IMG/VR virus record: IMGVR_UViG_3300025652_009361
Location: 1-64,000 of that record
DNA length: 64,000 bases
Source: a virus
Reading direction: 5' to 3' (one strand)
In this document: positions 37,591 through 47,965 of the stretch, one piece after another
Layout: each line of letters opens with the position of its first letter
Numbering within the stretch: the stretch's first letter is position 1
Translations under genes and position numbers: made by a program
Notes under the pieces: generated by a model
What the model was told of the DNA's origin: nothing
Seen by the model: the letters and a program-made list of their open reading frames with translations, nothing else
Database searches by the model: none

Positions 37591-37972
37591 TTGAATAAAT
37601 AATAGAAGCAGTCATACCTTAAAATTTTCTATCTTTTTTATTTATTACTATCTTGTTATTATCTTTATATGTTATATGTATATGACTGTCTTATTTGTCT
37701 ATATATTTATTTGTATCTAAAATAGCATATTTATTAGGAAAAATGGGTTATTTGGGGTTAACGCAGTATAATTAAACACACTGTGTAAACAAGGCCTATA
37801 AAGGTCGAGGCCAACAGAAAGCCATATAAAATATCTAAGAAATCACGATTCATCATAGAAAACAATATCTAACAAAATGACATTAATAATTAATACACTA
37901 ATAACATTATTTATTATTTGTTCAAGTAAAATTCTTATTGCTTCATACTTTAGCGGCCATTCAATGTAAATT

Positions 37973-38353
37973 TTACAATTCTAATACATTATCTACTATA
38001 GTTTCTATTTGCTTTAACATAGCTGGGCTTTGTATATAATATACATACGAGTAATTACCTAAACTTGCTATATCTGATATTTGGCTTGTATATAAACAGA
38101 TGCAATATATGATGTCTTCAAACACTCCAGCATCATAATCGAAAGCTTGAAAAATTTTCAAGAACTTTTGTTTGTTAGCGGCGTTCTCTTTCTCAAATTC
38201 ATCTGCCCAATTTAGAAATATTTTTTTAGCGTTAGGTTCGTAGAACTTTTCATATAAGATAACCTTAAGATCTTCATAAGGCATCTTTAAATCTTTACTT
38301 GCTTGAAAAGCAAATATATGATTAGTTTTTGCCATTCTTTTTGAAAGTGACAA
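37973..38353 (-). CDS. Hypothetical protein
   Basis: 126-aa ORF. Confidence 0.55.
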   Translation of the reverse strand: MSLSKRMAKTNHIFAFQASKDLKMPYEDLKVILYEKFYEPNAKKIFLNWADEFEKENAANKQKFLKIFQAFDYDAGVFEDIIYCICLYTSQISDIASLGNYSYVYYIQSPAMLKQIETIVDNVLEL

Positions 38354-38504
38354 ATGGTATTATTACATAACTATGATGTGGTTTATAATATTCAGCATAT
38401 TTATTTGCTTCTTTATATGTTCTAAACTTAGCGTCTATGTGTTGATCAACGCAAGCATAGTTTATTTCTGTAGTATTTAATACAATTGATAATATTAATG
38501 TCAT
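38322..38504 (-). CDS. Hypothetical protein
   Basis: 60 aa, ATGA overlap. Confidence 0.5.
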   Translation of the reverse strand: MTLILSIVLNTTEINYACVDQHIDAKFRTYKEANKYAEYYKPHHSYVIIPFVTFKKNGKN

Positions 38505-38767
38505 ATCCTGTTATAAACCTTCACAAACCGAGGCGTGTACTCGCCTACGTAAGCGTTTAAGGTATTGAACTCAAAAAACTCTTCTGCCTCCTTAAAAGTC
38601 ATGCTAGAGGTCTCTACAAGGATTTCTATGCATTTATCAGCGTCATATACAGCCACATAATTAACTTGATCAATTCCAATGAGAGCATCATCAAAACCAT
38701 CAGCAAATAATGCTTGCTCGTTGATATAAGAAAGTTCTTCTTTTATTGCTTCTGGCCAAGTGCTCAT
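38501..38767 (-). CDS. Conserved phage hypothetical protein
   Basis: ADGFDDALIG...VYD...EAEEFFEFN...YVGEYTP. Confidence 0.75.
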   Translation of the reverse strand: MSTWPEAIKEELSYINEQALFADGFDDALIGIDQVNYVAVYDADKCIEILVETSSMTFKEAEEFFEFNTLNAYVGEYTPRFVKVYNRI

Positions 38768-38821
38768 AGAATATTTATTTGATGACTATATCTTTTTTCA
38801 TTATGGATTAAAATACATTGA

Positions 38822-39262
38822 TTAAGCTGGTTTATGTTTACGCAGATATTCTATAGCACTCTCCAAGAGTTCTGTGTCATCTTTGAATGAACCTATGTTT
38901 CTATTGCAAGAATGGCAAAGCCAATCTCTAAATTGGTTTGTCTTGTGATCGTGATCGACGACCCAAGCTCCGTTTCTTCTGTTGCCTTCACCTTGACACT
39001 CTTTTGCGCTTCTTTTGCAAATCGGGCACTTATGATCTTCTGGAGCATTTCCATGTTCGCGCCTGATCTCATGCCTATCTTTGCTGAGACGGTTGTTACA
39101 TCTCTTGCACTCTGTCCTACGATACTTTCCTCCCCCACTAAAGCTATAAGCTGAGAGAGGCAAGGTTTCACCGCACTTCTTGCAAACTTTGGTGTCGCAA
39201 TTAGGCTCTAGAGATACATGTTCTGGAAACAAGTCTAGCTGGTCATCTTCGTTAATCAACAT
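38822..39262 (-). CDS. Endonuclease VII (His-Me finger) domain protein
   Basis: CKKC...CKRC; CPIC...VVDHDH...RDWLCHSCN. Confidence 0.85.
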   Translation of the reverse strand: MLINEDDQLDLFPEHVSLEPNCDTKVCKKCGETLPLSAYSFSGGGKYRRTECKRCNNRLSKDRHEIRREHGNAPEDHKCPICKRSAKECQGEGNRRNGAWVVDHDHKTNQFRDWLCHSCNRNIGSFKDDTELLESAIEYLRKHKPA

Positions 39263-39327
39263 AACAGAATTTAGGGTCAGCTTTTAGTTTGTTAAATTAA
39301 AGTTTGCCGTCAGAAAACATATCTACA

Positions 39328-39510
39328 TTAGGCATAGCTAGAAATAGAAGCTTTATAAATATAATCAAGCGTTTCTTTTACTTGATTTCTTCCCCATCGC
39401 GTTGTAATCACTGTAGCATCTTTTACGCGCTCTATTGAAACAACGGTATCTAAATTATAAAGGACTTCTTCTTCAGTTTGATAATCAGTTAATTTAATTA
39501 GGTGAGCCAT
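39328..39510 (-). CDS. Small FlbD-like protein
   Basis: IKLT...LYNLD.V.SIE...T.I...VKET. Confidence 0.5.
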   Translation of the reverse strand: MAHLIKLTDYQTEEEVLYNLDTVVSIERVKDATVITTRWGRNQVKETLDYIYKASISSYA

Positions 39511-39739
39511 CTATATCGTCTTTATTTAAGTTTTTGATGGAAAATTCATCTTTTCCTTCTATTGCTTTAGTAATTATTTCTATAACATAACTTCCTAAGC
39601 CTTTGTCTGTCAAATTTTTTCTACCGGTATTTTTAAGATACATTTGGTCAAATGCCTCATTAGTCTCAAAAGTAATTAAAGAAGAGCCGTCGGGGTTATC
39701 TGCTACATCGACAATTTTTATGCTAGGCATAGATTTCAT
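39494..39739 (-). CDS. Hypothetical protein, resembles 44159-44347
   Basis: DNPDGS...F...Y...LT.K pattern shared. Confidence 0.55.
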   Translation of the reverse strand: MKSMPSIKIVDVADNPDGSSLITFETNEAFDQMYLKNTGRKNLTDKGLGSYVIEIITKAIEGKDEFSIKNLNKDDIDGSPN

Positions 39740-39853
39740 TATGAAAGTATGCCGTATTTCATTATTATTAAATAAAGAGTATATACCGCTAAAAAAGTAA
39801 GAATGATCTCACCTGTAATACGCCGAATAGTAAACCTGTCATCGTGTAACATA

Positions 39854-40069
39854 TTATTTTATATCTACCTTGCTAATCTTTTTGGTTTTAGCATGTTTCA
39901 ACAAATCGGCAAAATCAATCAGCTCGAATAGATCTTTTTCTTTTTTAGACAATTTGAAATAAAAATCTCCGCCGATAATATCGGGATAACTCATACTTCG
40001 CCGTTTAAGTTTGAATGTTAATGCGTTATTCGGCACAGTTAGTTCTACATTAAATTTAACTTTTTTCAT
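39854..40069 (-). CDS. Hypothetical protein
   Basis: 71-aa ORF. Confidence 0.5.
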   Translation of the reverse strand: MKKVKFNVELTVPNNALTFKLKRRSMSYPDIIGGDFYFKLSKKEKDLFELIDFADLLKHAKTKKISKVDIK

Positions 40070-40156
40070 TTTTTGCTAGTAGCTATAGTAATTAAAATTA
40101 AAGTTGCTACAAGAGGCATTAAATATTTGATTATTAATTCTTCTTGCATAATTTAT

Positions 40157-41335
40157 TTACATTGTTGTTTTAATTTTACTAACAACCCTTTTAGCTTTTT
40201 GTTTAGCTAGATTAACAAACTCATCTCCTGCTACAACGACACCCATTCTTCGCTTACCATTAATACTTGGTTTACCGAATAGCCTAAGTTTGACATCATC
40301 TTCATCTAATGCCTCATCCAAATTATCATATTCAACTTGATTGCTGACTCCTGAAGGTTTAATGACTGCAGAAGCTGCAGGAGTGTTAAGCTTAATGGAA
40401 TTAATAGGTAAACCTAAAAGAGCTTTTGCATGTAATTCAAATTCAGATTGATCCTGAGAAATAATAGTAACAAGCCCAGTATCGTGTGGCCTTGGAGATA
40501 CTTCACTGAAATATACTTCATCTCCTTTAATGAATAACTCAACTCCGAATACCCCATAACCATCTAAAGCATCTGTAATTTTAGTAGCCATATCTTTTGC
40601 TTTTTTAAGTTGCACAATATTCATTTTGCACGGTTGCCAAGATTCTACATAATCTCCATCGACTTGCCTGTGACCTATTGGCTCACAAAATATTGTTCCT
40701 TTTTTATTTACGACAGTTAATAAAGTAATTTCATAATCAAAATCAATTATTTCCTCAACTATTACCTTACCTCCTCCTGCCCTACCTTCTTCTTGGGCTT
40801 TTTTCCAATAGTGACCAATTTTAGGAAATGATGAAACTACAGATTGACCTTTACCACTTGAAGACATGATAGGTTTTACAATACATGGCATACCGATTTC
40901 ATGAACAGCTTTAGCAAATTCTTGCTCAGTTGATGCAAATTTGTATTTACTAGTTGGTAATTTTAATTCTTCAGCAGCAAGCTTTCTAATACCTTCACGA
41001 TTCATTGTCAGTTGGATAGCTTTAGCGTTAGGTATCACTGTGACGCCTCGCTCTTCAGCTTCCATAAGCACTTCAGTATTGATGGCTTCTACTTCTGGAA
41101 CAATATAATCAGGCTTAATTAATTTAATGTGTTCATTTAACCATCTTTCATCAAGCATGTCGAATATGTGGCAATTTTGCGCTACTTGCATAGCTGGAGC
41201 ATGAGGGTAATTATCACATGCATGAACTTTAACTCCCAATCGAATTAATTCAATTGCTACTTCTTTGCCTAGCTCTCCGCTCCCTAGCAACATTACTTTA
41301 GTTGCTGTCTTTGAATAAGGTGTTCCTATTTTCAT
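40157..41335 (-). CDS. purT: Formate-dependent phosphoribosylglycinamide formyltransferase
   Basis: [54 protein letters not shown]...RRMGV. Confidence 0.97.
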   Translation of the reverse strand: MKIGTPYSKTATKVMLLGSGELGKEVAIELIRLGVKVHACDNYPHAPAMQVAQNCHIFDMLDERWLNEHIKLIKPDYIVPEVEAINTEVLMEAEERGVTVIPNAKAIQLTMNREGIRKLAAEELKLPTSKYKFASTEQEFAKAVHEIGMPCIVKPIMSSSGKGQSVVSSFPKIGHYWKKAQEEGRAGGGKVIVEEIIDFDYEITLLTVVNKKGTIFCEPIGHRQVDGDYVESWQPCKMNIVQLKKAKDMATKITDALDGYGVFGVELFIKGDEVYFSEVSPRPHDTGLVTIISQDQSEFELHAKALLGLPINSIKLNTPAASAVIKPSGVSNQVEYDNLDEALDEDDVKLRLFGKPSINGKRRMGVVVAGDEFVNLAKQKAKRVVSKIKTTM

Positions 41336-41338
41336 AAA

Positions 41339-41578
41339 CTAAATATTATTTATTATTTTTTTTATTTCACTGATTGCAACAGTATATTTTCGCCTCTTAT
41401 TAAAAAGTTCATCATTTTCTTTCGCAAGACCTTTTGCAATTTGGCATTGGTCTTCGTATTTTTTTATCAGTTCTTCATTTTGCTGCCTTAATAAAGTGCT
41501 TATTCCATCGTCTTTTTCTTCCCACCTTTTATCTTCTGAATTTGACATAATTATTATTTTAGAATCCTTTAATATCAA
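41339..41578 (-). CDS. Hypothetical coiled-coil protein
   Basis: Between prs and purT. Confidence 0.5.
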   Translation of the reverse strand: MILKDSKIIIMSNSEDKRWEEKDDGISTLLRQQNEELIKKYEDQCQIAKGLAKENDELFNKRRKYTVAISEIKKIINNI

Positions 41579-42527
41579 AAAGAGAACTAATGCTTTTGTT
41601 GTTCATTGTCCTACTAATAGCGTCAGACAGCATAGGAGCAATATCGATGATTTTTATTTTTTTATGCTTCGGGATATTGGAAGTGCTATTAGTGGTTAAT
41701 ATTTGATCAATGAATTTTTCTTTTTCCAGATTAGATTTACCCTTAGATGTTAATGGCATGTGTGTCACAAAAGCTATAACTTGTTTAGCCCCTTCTTTTT
41801 TTAGCAACTCTGCAGCGCCGGATAAAGTGCCTAGACTCTCTGACATATCATCAATAAGTAAAATATTTTTACTTTCTACTTCTCCTAAAATTATTTTTTG
41901 TTCTATCTTTTCGGCATTAATTCTTTTTTTGTGAACAATGCCAAAATCAATATTCATAAATTCAGAATATTTTTCTACTTTTTTAATCCCTCCTGCGTCA
42001 GGGGAAACAAGTAACCAATCTTTTAATTCTGTATGTTTGAATAAATACTTCCTGAAGTGGTTTATTAAAAGGTTGCAAGGTAGTAAAGAATCTAAGGGAA
42101 CTGATGAGAACCCTTGAATAGATATATTATGCAAGTCTAATGTTATTATTCTAGTAGCTCCAGCTTTTTCTAGTAAATCCAAAACAAGTCTGGCACTAAT
42201 GGGGGAACGAGGTTGAGATTTTCTATCCTGCCTTGTATAACTAAAGTAAGGAATTACTACTGTTATTTTATTTGCAGACGCTAATCTCGCGCTTTGAATT
42301 AAAAGCAATAACTCCATCCAGTCCTCGTTTGGGTTATTTGTAGACTGAACAATAAAAACATCTTTCCCTCTTATATTATTACCATACTGACAATAAATTT
42401 CACCGCTAGGAAAATTAGTTATGTTAACAACTCCGTCTACCTCAACCTCCTCTTTACATTTGAGGATTTTAGAAATATTTTTAGTCAACTCAGGGTTTGA
42501 GCGACCAGAGAATATAAGAGAGCTCAT
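41559..42527 (-). CDS. prs: Ribose-phosphate pyrophosphokinase
   Basis: FPSGE, IRGKDVF, PYFSYTRQDRK, DLH, VSPDAGG, LIDDM. Confidence 0.95.
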   Translation of the reverse strand: MSSLIFSGRSNPELTKNISKILKCKEEVEVDGVVNITNFPSGEIYCQYGNNIRGKDVFIVQSTNNPNEDWMELLLLIQSARLASANKITVVIPYFSYTRQDRKSQPRSPISARLVLDLLEKAGATRIITLDLHNISIQGFSSVPLDSLLPCNLLINHFRKYLFKHTELKDWLLVSPDAGGIKKVEKYSEFMNIDFGIVHKKRINAEKIEQKIILGEVESKNILLIDDMSESLGTLSGAAELLKKEGAKQVIAFVTHMPLTSKGKSNLEKEKFIDQILTTNSTSNIPKHKKIKIIDIAPMLSDAISRTMNNKSISSLFDIKGF

Positions 42528-42558
42528 TTATATTATTATACTTTTTTACTTGTATTTT

Positions 42559-43446
42559 TCATCCAAAAAGTTTTTGGTGAACTTCCACGTACCTTTTACT
42601 TGTTTCATATATAATATCCTGAGATAAATCAGGAATAGGAGGGTTTTTATCCCAACCAATTTGTAAAAGATAATCTCTGATGATTTGTTTATCATAACTT
42701 AGCTGACTTTGACCTTCTTTATAGAGCTTTTTATCCCAAAACCTAGATGAATCTGGAGTCAATAATTCATCAATTAAAATAATTCTATTATTGTAAATGC
42801 CAAATTCAAATTTAGTGTCAGCAATAATAACACCTTTATCGTAAGCATACTTATACGCTTTACTATATATTTCTAAGCTGTATTTTCTAATTTTATTAGC
42901 TGTTTTAGGGCCAAGGATTTGAACCACCTCCTCAAATGAAATATTTTCATCATGCTCATCTGATTTAGTTGAAGGCGTAAATATAGGTTCTGGGAGTTTA
43001 CTTGATTTTTTTAAGCCAGATGGCAAAGGTATTCCGCAAACTGTCTGCTTTTCTTTGTACTCTAGCCAACTAGAACCAGAAAGGTAACCTCTTACGATAC
43101 ATTCAACTGGAAGAGGCTTTGCGTTTTTCACTGTCACAAGACTCTTGTATTTTTCTATTATATGATTATCTACAATGTCGCAAGTCATATCAAACCATTT
43201 ACAAGACATTTCATTTAATATCTCCCCTTTGCCGGGTATTGTTTGGTTTAAAATGTGATCGAACGCAGAAACTCGATCTGTAGTAAATATTTCAAGAGTT
43301 TTATCATCAACCCCATAGTAAATTTCTCTAACTTTTCCTGATTTAATTAGAGTAGGTTTATCTTTTGCTGCCCTCCAATTGATACTATCATAATTATTTT
43401 TAAATTTTGTTGAAAAACAGTTTCTTGGTTTGTCGCCTTTACCCAT
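42559..43446 (-). CDS. purC: SAICAR synthetase with N-terminal extension
   Basis: SGKVREIY, TDRVSAFD, ECIVRGYLSGS, FTPSTK, ADTKFEFG, DELLTPDSSRFW. Confidence 0.97.
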   Translation of the reverse strand: MGKGDKPRNCFSTKFKNNYDSINWRAAKDKPTLIKSGKVREIYYGVDDKTLEIFTTDRVSAFDHILNQTIPGKGEILNEMSCKWFDMTCDIVDNHIIEKYKSLVTVKNAKPLPVECIVRGYLSGSSWLEYKEKQTVCGIPLPSGLKKSSKLPEPIFTPSTKSDEHDENISFEEVVQILGPKTANKIRKYSLEIYSKAYKYAYDKGVIIADTKFEFGIYNNRIILIDELLTPDSSRFWDKKLYKEGQSQLSYDKQIIRDYLLQIGWDKNPPIPDLSQDIIYETSKRYVEVHQKLFG

Positions 43447-43448
43447 AA

Positions 43449-43691
43449 TTAATCTTTTTTTGTAAATTTCAGAGGATTGGATAGAACCGGCTGCTTCCTT
43501 CCCTGTTTATCTATAAAGAACTCTTTCTTTTCTTTAGGCTCTTCTGTTTTTTCCAAGCACTTCAAGTCAAATTCTTTTTCCAGCAACTCTAACTCATTAA
43601 AACCAACCCAAAATAAACCTCGTTCATCTTCTACTGTAGGGCAAAGCATACCGCGCAGCATCATTTTTTTAATAACTTCCCTGTATGTCAT
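43449..43691 (-). CDS. Hypothetical protein
   Basis: 80-aa ORF. Confidence 0.5.
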   Translation of the reverse strand: MTYREVIKKMMLRGMLCPTVEDERGLFWVGFNELELLEKEFDLKCLEKTEEPKEKKEFFIDKQGRKQPVLSNPLKFTKKD

Positions 43692-43702
43692 AATTTTAAT
43701 AT

Positions 43703-43779
43703 TGGTGGGCCTTGTAGGGCTCGAACCTACGACCTGCCGATTATGAGTCGGATGCTCTAACCAACTGAGCTAAAGGCCC
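43703..43779 (-). tRNA. tRNA with CAU anticodon (probably Ile2)
   Basis: GGGCCTTTAGCTCAGTTGGTTAGAGC...CTCATAA...TTCGAGC...CCA; body resembles Ile2 rather than fMet. Confidence 0.9.
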
Positions 43780-43941
43780 TAAAAAAATTAGTAGCTATAA
43801 TTACCATATAGTTCAATATAGCAGTTTTCGCAGTGTTGTCCAGCGCCTTCTACATAATAATTTCTATGATATGTATGTTCGTCTTCTAGTTCTTGCGTAT
43901 TTTTATTGCAACAAACACATTTGTCATATTTATCTTTCATT

Positions 43942-44169
43942 TCAGTATTCTATGATTTTTCTTACTGCCCACTTAAATACAAAGAAATTACAAATAAGTG
44001 CTCCAATAACAATAAAAATCATCATTAAAACTTCAAAACCTTCAGGTAAGCCTAATATAGCTGCGAAAAAGCCACCGAAGAATCCTCCAACTAAACCGAC
44101 ACCGGCTCCTGCTAAAGTCCCTACAATGTTATATAAGAACCACCATAATAATATTTTTTTATTTTCCAT
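43942..44169 (-). CDS. Small membrane protein
   Basis: Two Gly-rich hydrophobic helices. Confidence 0.6.
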   Translation of the reverse strand: MENKKILLWWFLYNIVGTLAGAGVGLVGGFFGGFFAAILGLPEGFEVLMMIFIVIGALICNFFVFKWAVRKIIEY

Positions 44170-44347
44170 ATTTTTCTTTTTCTAATTGATCTTCTACAGC
44201 TTGTAGAATATGTTTTGTTAAAGATTTTTTTGTCAAGCGTCTTTTATATTTACGCTCAAATTCTTTTTTAAATTCTCTATCATAATCTACTTCAAATGAT
44301 AAAGTGCCATCGTTATTTTCTATTACTTCTAGAATATCTAATTTCAC
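44159..44347 (-). CDS. Hypothetical protein
   Basis: 62 aa. Confidence 0.55.
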   Translation of the reverse strand: MKLDILEVIENNDGTLSFEVDYDREFKKEFERKYKRRLTKKSLTKHILQAVEDQLEKEKYGK

Positions 44348-44354
44348 AATATAT

Positions 44355-44430
44355 TGGAGCCAGTTGTCGGATTCGAACCGACGACCAACGGTTTACAAAA
44401 CCGTTGCTCTACCAACTGAGCTAAACTGGC
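44355..44430 (-). tRNA. tRNA-Thr(UGU)
   Basis: Cloverleaf, anticodon loop TTTGTAA, CCA end. Confidence 0.95.
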
Positions 44431-44492
44431 TTATAATATTTTATATTAAAAATAGAATTTTTAAAGTTTTTGGTGTAATATACAATAACATT

Positions 44493-44870
44493 ATGTCACA
44501 TATAACAGGTCACTACATTTACGATTTTACAAGAATTGATCCGTATTGGAACAACTCATCTGAAACGGGTATTAGCAGTTTAGTCGTTGGCATGACTTGC
44601 AATTTTAGCGGTCAAGATAACCAAGAAGTTGTCCAAGTGCGGTCAGCTTATGTTGACGGCGTAACTGGCTTTAATTCCTGTATTACTTATGATTATTTAA
44701 CAACTAATCTCACAGATATTTGCAACACTTACGCTTCAGGAAGTAATTGGTTTGATAATTTAAAGAATCAAATATCAGGATCTCTAGAATCTCCAGTTAT
44801 GATATCTAATTTTCCTTTTCCATCTAGTGGAGAACCAGCTCCTGATCCTCACGAAATAGATCAAGATTAA
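44493..44870 (+). CDS. Hypothetical, possibly virion-associated protein (start corrected from 44304)
   Basis: The track start overlaps tRNA-Thr; ATG 44493 has GTGTAA 14 nt upstream. Confidence 0.55.
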   Translation: MSHITGHYIYDFTRIDPYWNNSSETGISSLVVGMTCNFSGQDNQEVVQVRSAYVDGVTGFNSCITYDYLTTNLTDICNTYASGSNWFDNLKNQISGSLESPVMISNFPFPSSGEPAPDPHEIDQD

Positions 44871-45334
44871 AATATAATTTCTACTTGCTCTTCATACTGG
44901 CGTCGGATTTTTTTTTCGATGTCAGTATATTTTTGTTTTATATCGCCTTGATCTCTGCTAACATTTATTGCGTATGCAGTGTCAAAATCTTGTGAATTTC
45001 CAGCTGCTCCAGCTGGCTTAATATCATTTACGACAACTCTAGGCCCTGCGCCGAGTTGGTCTACAATTTTGCTGTATTTAATATTAAAATGATGTAAAAC
45101 TCTAATTGTGTGAGCTAGGTGACGATTTTCCCTAGCAGTAGTTAGTATTACTTTATCTTTTTTAGGTAAAGCATTGAGAAAGCTAATGGCATCAATAATA
45201 GGAGTTTCATATAAATGGCTATCCATGTCATTTTTTTGTATAATTTCATCTAACTCTTCGTTAGTTTTGTGGTTTAATAGTGTGCCATCAATATCTACAA
45301 ACCATGTTTTATTTAAATTTTCTAATCCTGCCAT
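44867..45334 (-). CDS. HAD-family phosphatase-like protein
   Basis: FVDIDGTL, LTTAR, VVND. Confidence 0.75.
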   Translation of the reverse strand: MAGLENLNKTWFVDIDGTLLNHKTNEELDEIIQKNDMDSHLYETPIIDAISFLNALPKKDKVILTTARENRHLAHTIRVLHHFNIKYSKIVDQLGAGPRVVVNDIKPAGAAGNSQDFDTAYAINVSRDQGDIKQKYTDIEKKIRRQYEEQVEIIF

Positions 45335-45768
45335 TTTTTATTGTCCTGTTTTTTTTCGAATATTGAATCTTCATCTGCGAACACTGACTTATCCCCGTTC
45401 GTGCCGCCTCCTCCGTTTCCAAACTTAAAATCTTCATTTAATAATGCTAATCTATCTACTTTTTTTCCATAAATATTGACCTTTTTTTTAGCAAACATTT
45501 CGAAGGCTTTTCTCCATTCAAGTATAGGTCCTAAATAGGTAGGGTCTTCATATAAATTAAATTCAAGACCGCATTTTGATTCTTTATTTAAATTACTATA
45601 ATTCCCGTTATCTAAATATGCGTATTTTTTATATCTAGATTTATGACTAACATCTCGATTTTTTTTTAGTCTTTCAATTTCGAAGTCTGCTCTATCGATT
45701 ATTTCTTCGATATTATATTCGCTAGGCCTACCGCCTAAATCTTTTTCTTCGCTCGGATTGTTTTCCAT
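45322..45768 (-). CDS. Hypothetical protein
   Basis: 148-aa ORF. Confidence 0.55.
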   Translation of the reverse strand: MENNPSEEKDLGGRPSEYNIEEIIDRADFEIERLKKNRDVSHKSRYKKYAYLDNGNYSNLNKESKCGLEFNLYEDPTYLGPILEWRKAFEMFAKKKVNIYGKKVDRLALLNEDFKFGNGGGGTNGDKSVFADEDSIFEKKQDNKKWQD

Positions 45769-45821
45769 ATTTAAAATTTTTAATTTCTTCTTTATTTAAG
45801 TTGTGGGGGGTTTAAAAGAAG

Positions 45822-45909
45822 TGGTGCCAGTGGTCGGACTCGAACCGACAAGCCTTAGAAGGGCGACAGATTTTAAGTCTGTTGTGTTTGCCAATTTCAC
45901 CACACTGGC
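45822..45909 (-). tRNA. tRNA-Leu(UAA)
   Basis: Long variable arm, anticodon loop CTTAAAA, CCA end. Confidence 0.95.
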
Positions 45910-45990
45910 ATAAAATGTACACTAAAATAATAACAGGTTGAATTACTATAAAAGTAATGATGATTTAAATTATTTTAGCGTATTAAATTT

Positions 45991-46131
45991 TTATCTACCT
46001 TGTCTATTGTAAGGTTTTTTGTAATTTTTGCTACTTTTATTTTGGGAGGAATTATTTTTAGAATGTCTTCCTCTCATATCTGTTGTTTTTTTATTTAATC
46101 CTCGTTTTTCTTTTGATTTTCCTTTTGCCAT
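45991..46131 (-). CDS. Very basic 46-aa protein (not in track)
   Basis: MAKGKSKEKRG...GRHSK...SKNYKKPYNRQGR, a recurrent phage small-protein pattern. Confidence 0.6.
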   Translation of the reverse strand: MAKGKSKEKRGLNKKTTDMRGRHSKNNSSQNKSSKNYKKPYNRQGR

Positions 46132-46289
46132 TTTTTTATTCCTTCTTCTATGTGTTCAGCTAATGCGTGTCTTGCAGCTTCGCTGTCAAGATTTATTTGA
46201 AATGAATATTTTGTGTATTCATCTAAAATGTTTTTTATAACTTCTTTCATTTAATTCTTTCTCTAAGTTTTTTTCGATCATATATAATC

Positions 46290-46586
46290 TTATCCAAACC
46301 CACCTAACAAAAATCGACCAATGAAATAAATTATTGCTAATACAATACCAACGCAGCCTAGTAACATACTCACTATCACAATAGTCCCTCCATCAGTCAG
46401 CATACAATGCACTCCCGTCCAAATACAAAATACCCAAGCTCCTAACCCAAACGCAGCTCCAAGGGGAGAAGAATGCCCTCCTACTAGTAATGCAAAATAG
46501 AGGGCTGCTGTAACTACTGCACCTACTAAAAAATCACCGAACACTTCCCCTAGAGACGTTAAAACTGGCGATTTAGATTTATTCAT
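46290..46586 (-). CDS. Membrane protein (3 TM)
   Basis: Hydrophobic 98 aa. Confidence 0.6.
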   Translation of the reverse strand: MNKSKSPVLTSLGEVFGDFLVGAVVTAALYFALLVGGHSSPLGAAFGLGAWVFCIWTGVHCMLTDGGTIVIVSMLLGCVGIVLAIIYFIGRFLLGGFG

Positions 46587-46767
46587 AACGATCCCTTTCG
46601 TATCTTAAAAATGCATTCAAATATTGAGACCCACTTAGTTTCTCTATCTTATCTTTAATTATTTGTTGGTCATCGTGTATTTTAAAAAGAATTGTGAAAT
46701 TGGCTACAAATAGCGCCGCCATTACAATGATAATAGTCATTAATACTATTTCAGTTTTATTTTTCAT
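46579..46767 (-). CDS. Single-TM protein
   Basis: N-terminal hydrophobic helix. Confidence 0.55.
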   Translation of the reverse strand: MKNKTEIVLMTIIIVMAALFVANFTILFKIHDDQQIIKDKIEKLSGSQYLNAFLRYERDRYE

Positions 46768-46768
46768 T

Positions 46769-47683
46769 CTATTCTATACTGCCGACAATTATTGCTGGCA
46801 TGTTTATTTTTTGTAAAAACACTTTGTTAACTTCTTTAGGGTCTACAACAAGACATAACCCTAAACCATTATTAAACACTTTCTCCATCTCTTCGTCAGA
46901 TATATTACCATCTTTTTGAAACAAGTCAAACACAAAAGGTTTAGTAATGTCATCTTTCCATGCAACGCTTAAACCTTTAGGTAAAATTCTATCTACGTTG
47001 CTCAATCCTCCTCCAGTAATATGAGCTATTCCGTGAATATTGACACCGGCTTCTAGTATATTCAAGACTTCTTTAACATAAATTTTTGTGGGTTTTAAAA
47101 TGCTATCGATATATCTTTCATGTTTTTCTTTATTAAAAATGCTCCTAACTAAAGAATAACCATTGCTATGAAAACCACTGCTTGGAAACGCAACTACTAC
47201 ATCACCTTTTTTAATTTTCTTGCCGTCAATTAAATCTTTTTTCTTTACTATCCCAACACAAAAACCTGCAACATCAAAATGATTATCAGTTACTAATGAA
47301 GGCAATTCTGCTGTTTCTCCCCCGATAAGAGGAATACCTGCCATTTCGCAACCTTTTTTAATAGAATTTAAAACCGTTAAATATTGTTTTTCTTCTATAT
47401 TAGAGGAAGCAAAATAATCTAAGAAGAATAATGGTTTAGCGCCGGTACAAATAATATCGTTAACACACATAGCAACGCAATCTATACCTATACCGTCTAG
47501 CTTATCATATTCTTGAGCTAGAAGTATTTTAGTGCCAACTCCATCAGTAGCGCCAACAAGATAACTATCGCCAAGGTCAAATAATCCCCCAAAACCCCCG
47601 ATATTATCTACTAAACTAGAAATTTCTTTTACAAGATTGTCCGTTTTGGCGACATCAACGCCAGCTTCTTTATATTTGCTCAT
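46769..47683 (-). CDS. purM: AIR synthetase
   Basis: YKEAGVD, GGFGGLF, TDGVGTK, VAMCVND, GGETAELP, SSGFHSNGYSL, HITGGG. Confidence 0.97.
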   Translation of the reverse strand: MSKYKEAGVDVAKTDNLVKEISSLVDNIGGFGGLFDLGDSYLVGATDGVGTKILLAQEYDKLDGIGIDCVAMCVNDIICTGAKPLFFLDYFASSNIEEKQYLTVLNSIKKGCEMAGIPLIGGETAELPSLVTDNHFDVAGFCVGIVKKKDLIDGKKIKKGDVVVAFPSSGFHSNGYSLVRSIFNKEKHERYIDSILKPTKIYVKEVLNILEAGVNIHGIAHITGGGLSNVDRILPKGLSVAWKDDITKPFVFDLFQKDGNISDEEMEKVFNNGLGLCLVVDPKEVNKVFLQKINMPAIIVGSIE

Positions 47684-47701
47684 TTGCTGCTTTAAAGTAA
47701 T

Positions 47702-47965
47702 TTATGTCAAAATGAACTTTTTAGGACACATCTCACCTTCTATGTTAACGTCGTAATCAAAAGTTATTTTTTTATTTTCTTTTTCAATCATCTTGTTAAT
47801 AAGACTAAGCAGTCCAAATTCAATATATCCTTTATGGATTTTAATATCATAAGAACTAGCGATGTTAGAATTAGTTGGGACTGTTGTGGAAATTAGCGCC
47901 ATCATCGCAACAGGATCTTTTTCTAGCGCATCATTTAATATATTTAATATTTCTTGACTATTCAT
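47702..47965 (-). CDS. Hypothetical protein
   Basis: 87 aa. Confidence 0.55.
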   Translation of the reverse strand: MNSQEILNILNDALEKDPVAMMALISTTVPTNSNIASSYDIKIHKGYIEFGLLSLINKMIEKENKKITFDYDVNIEGEMCPKKFILT

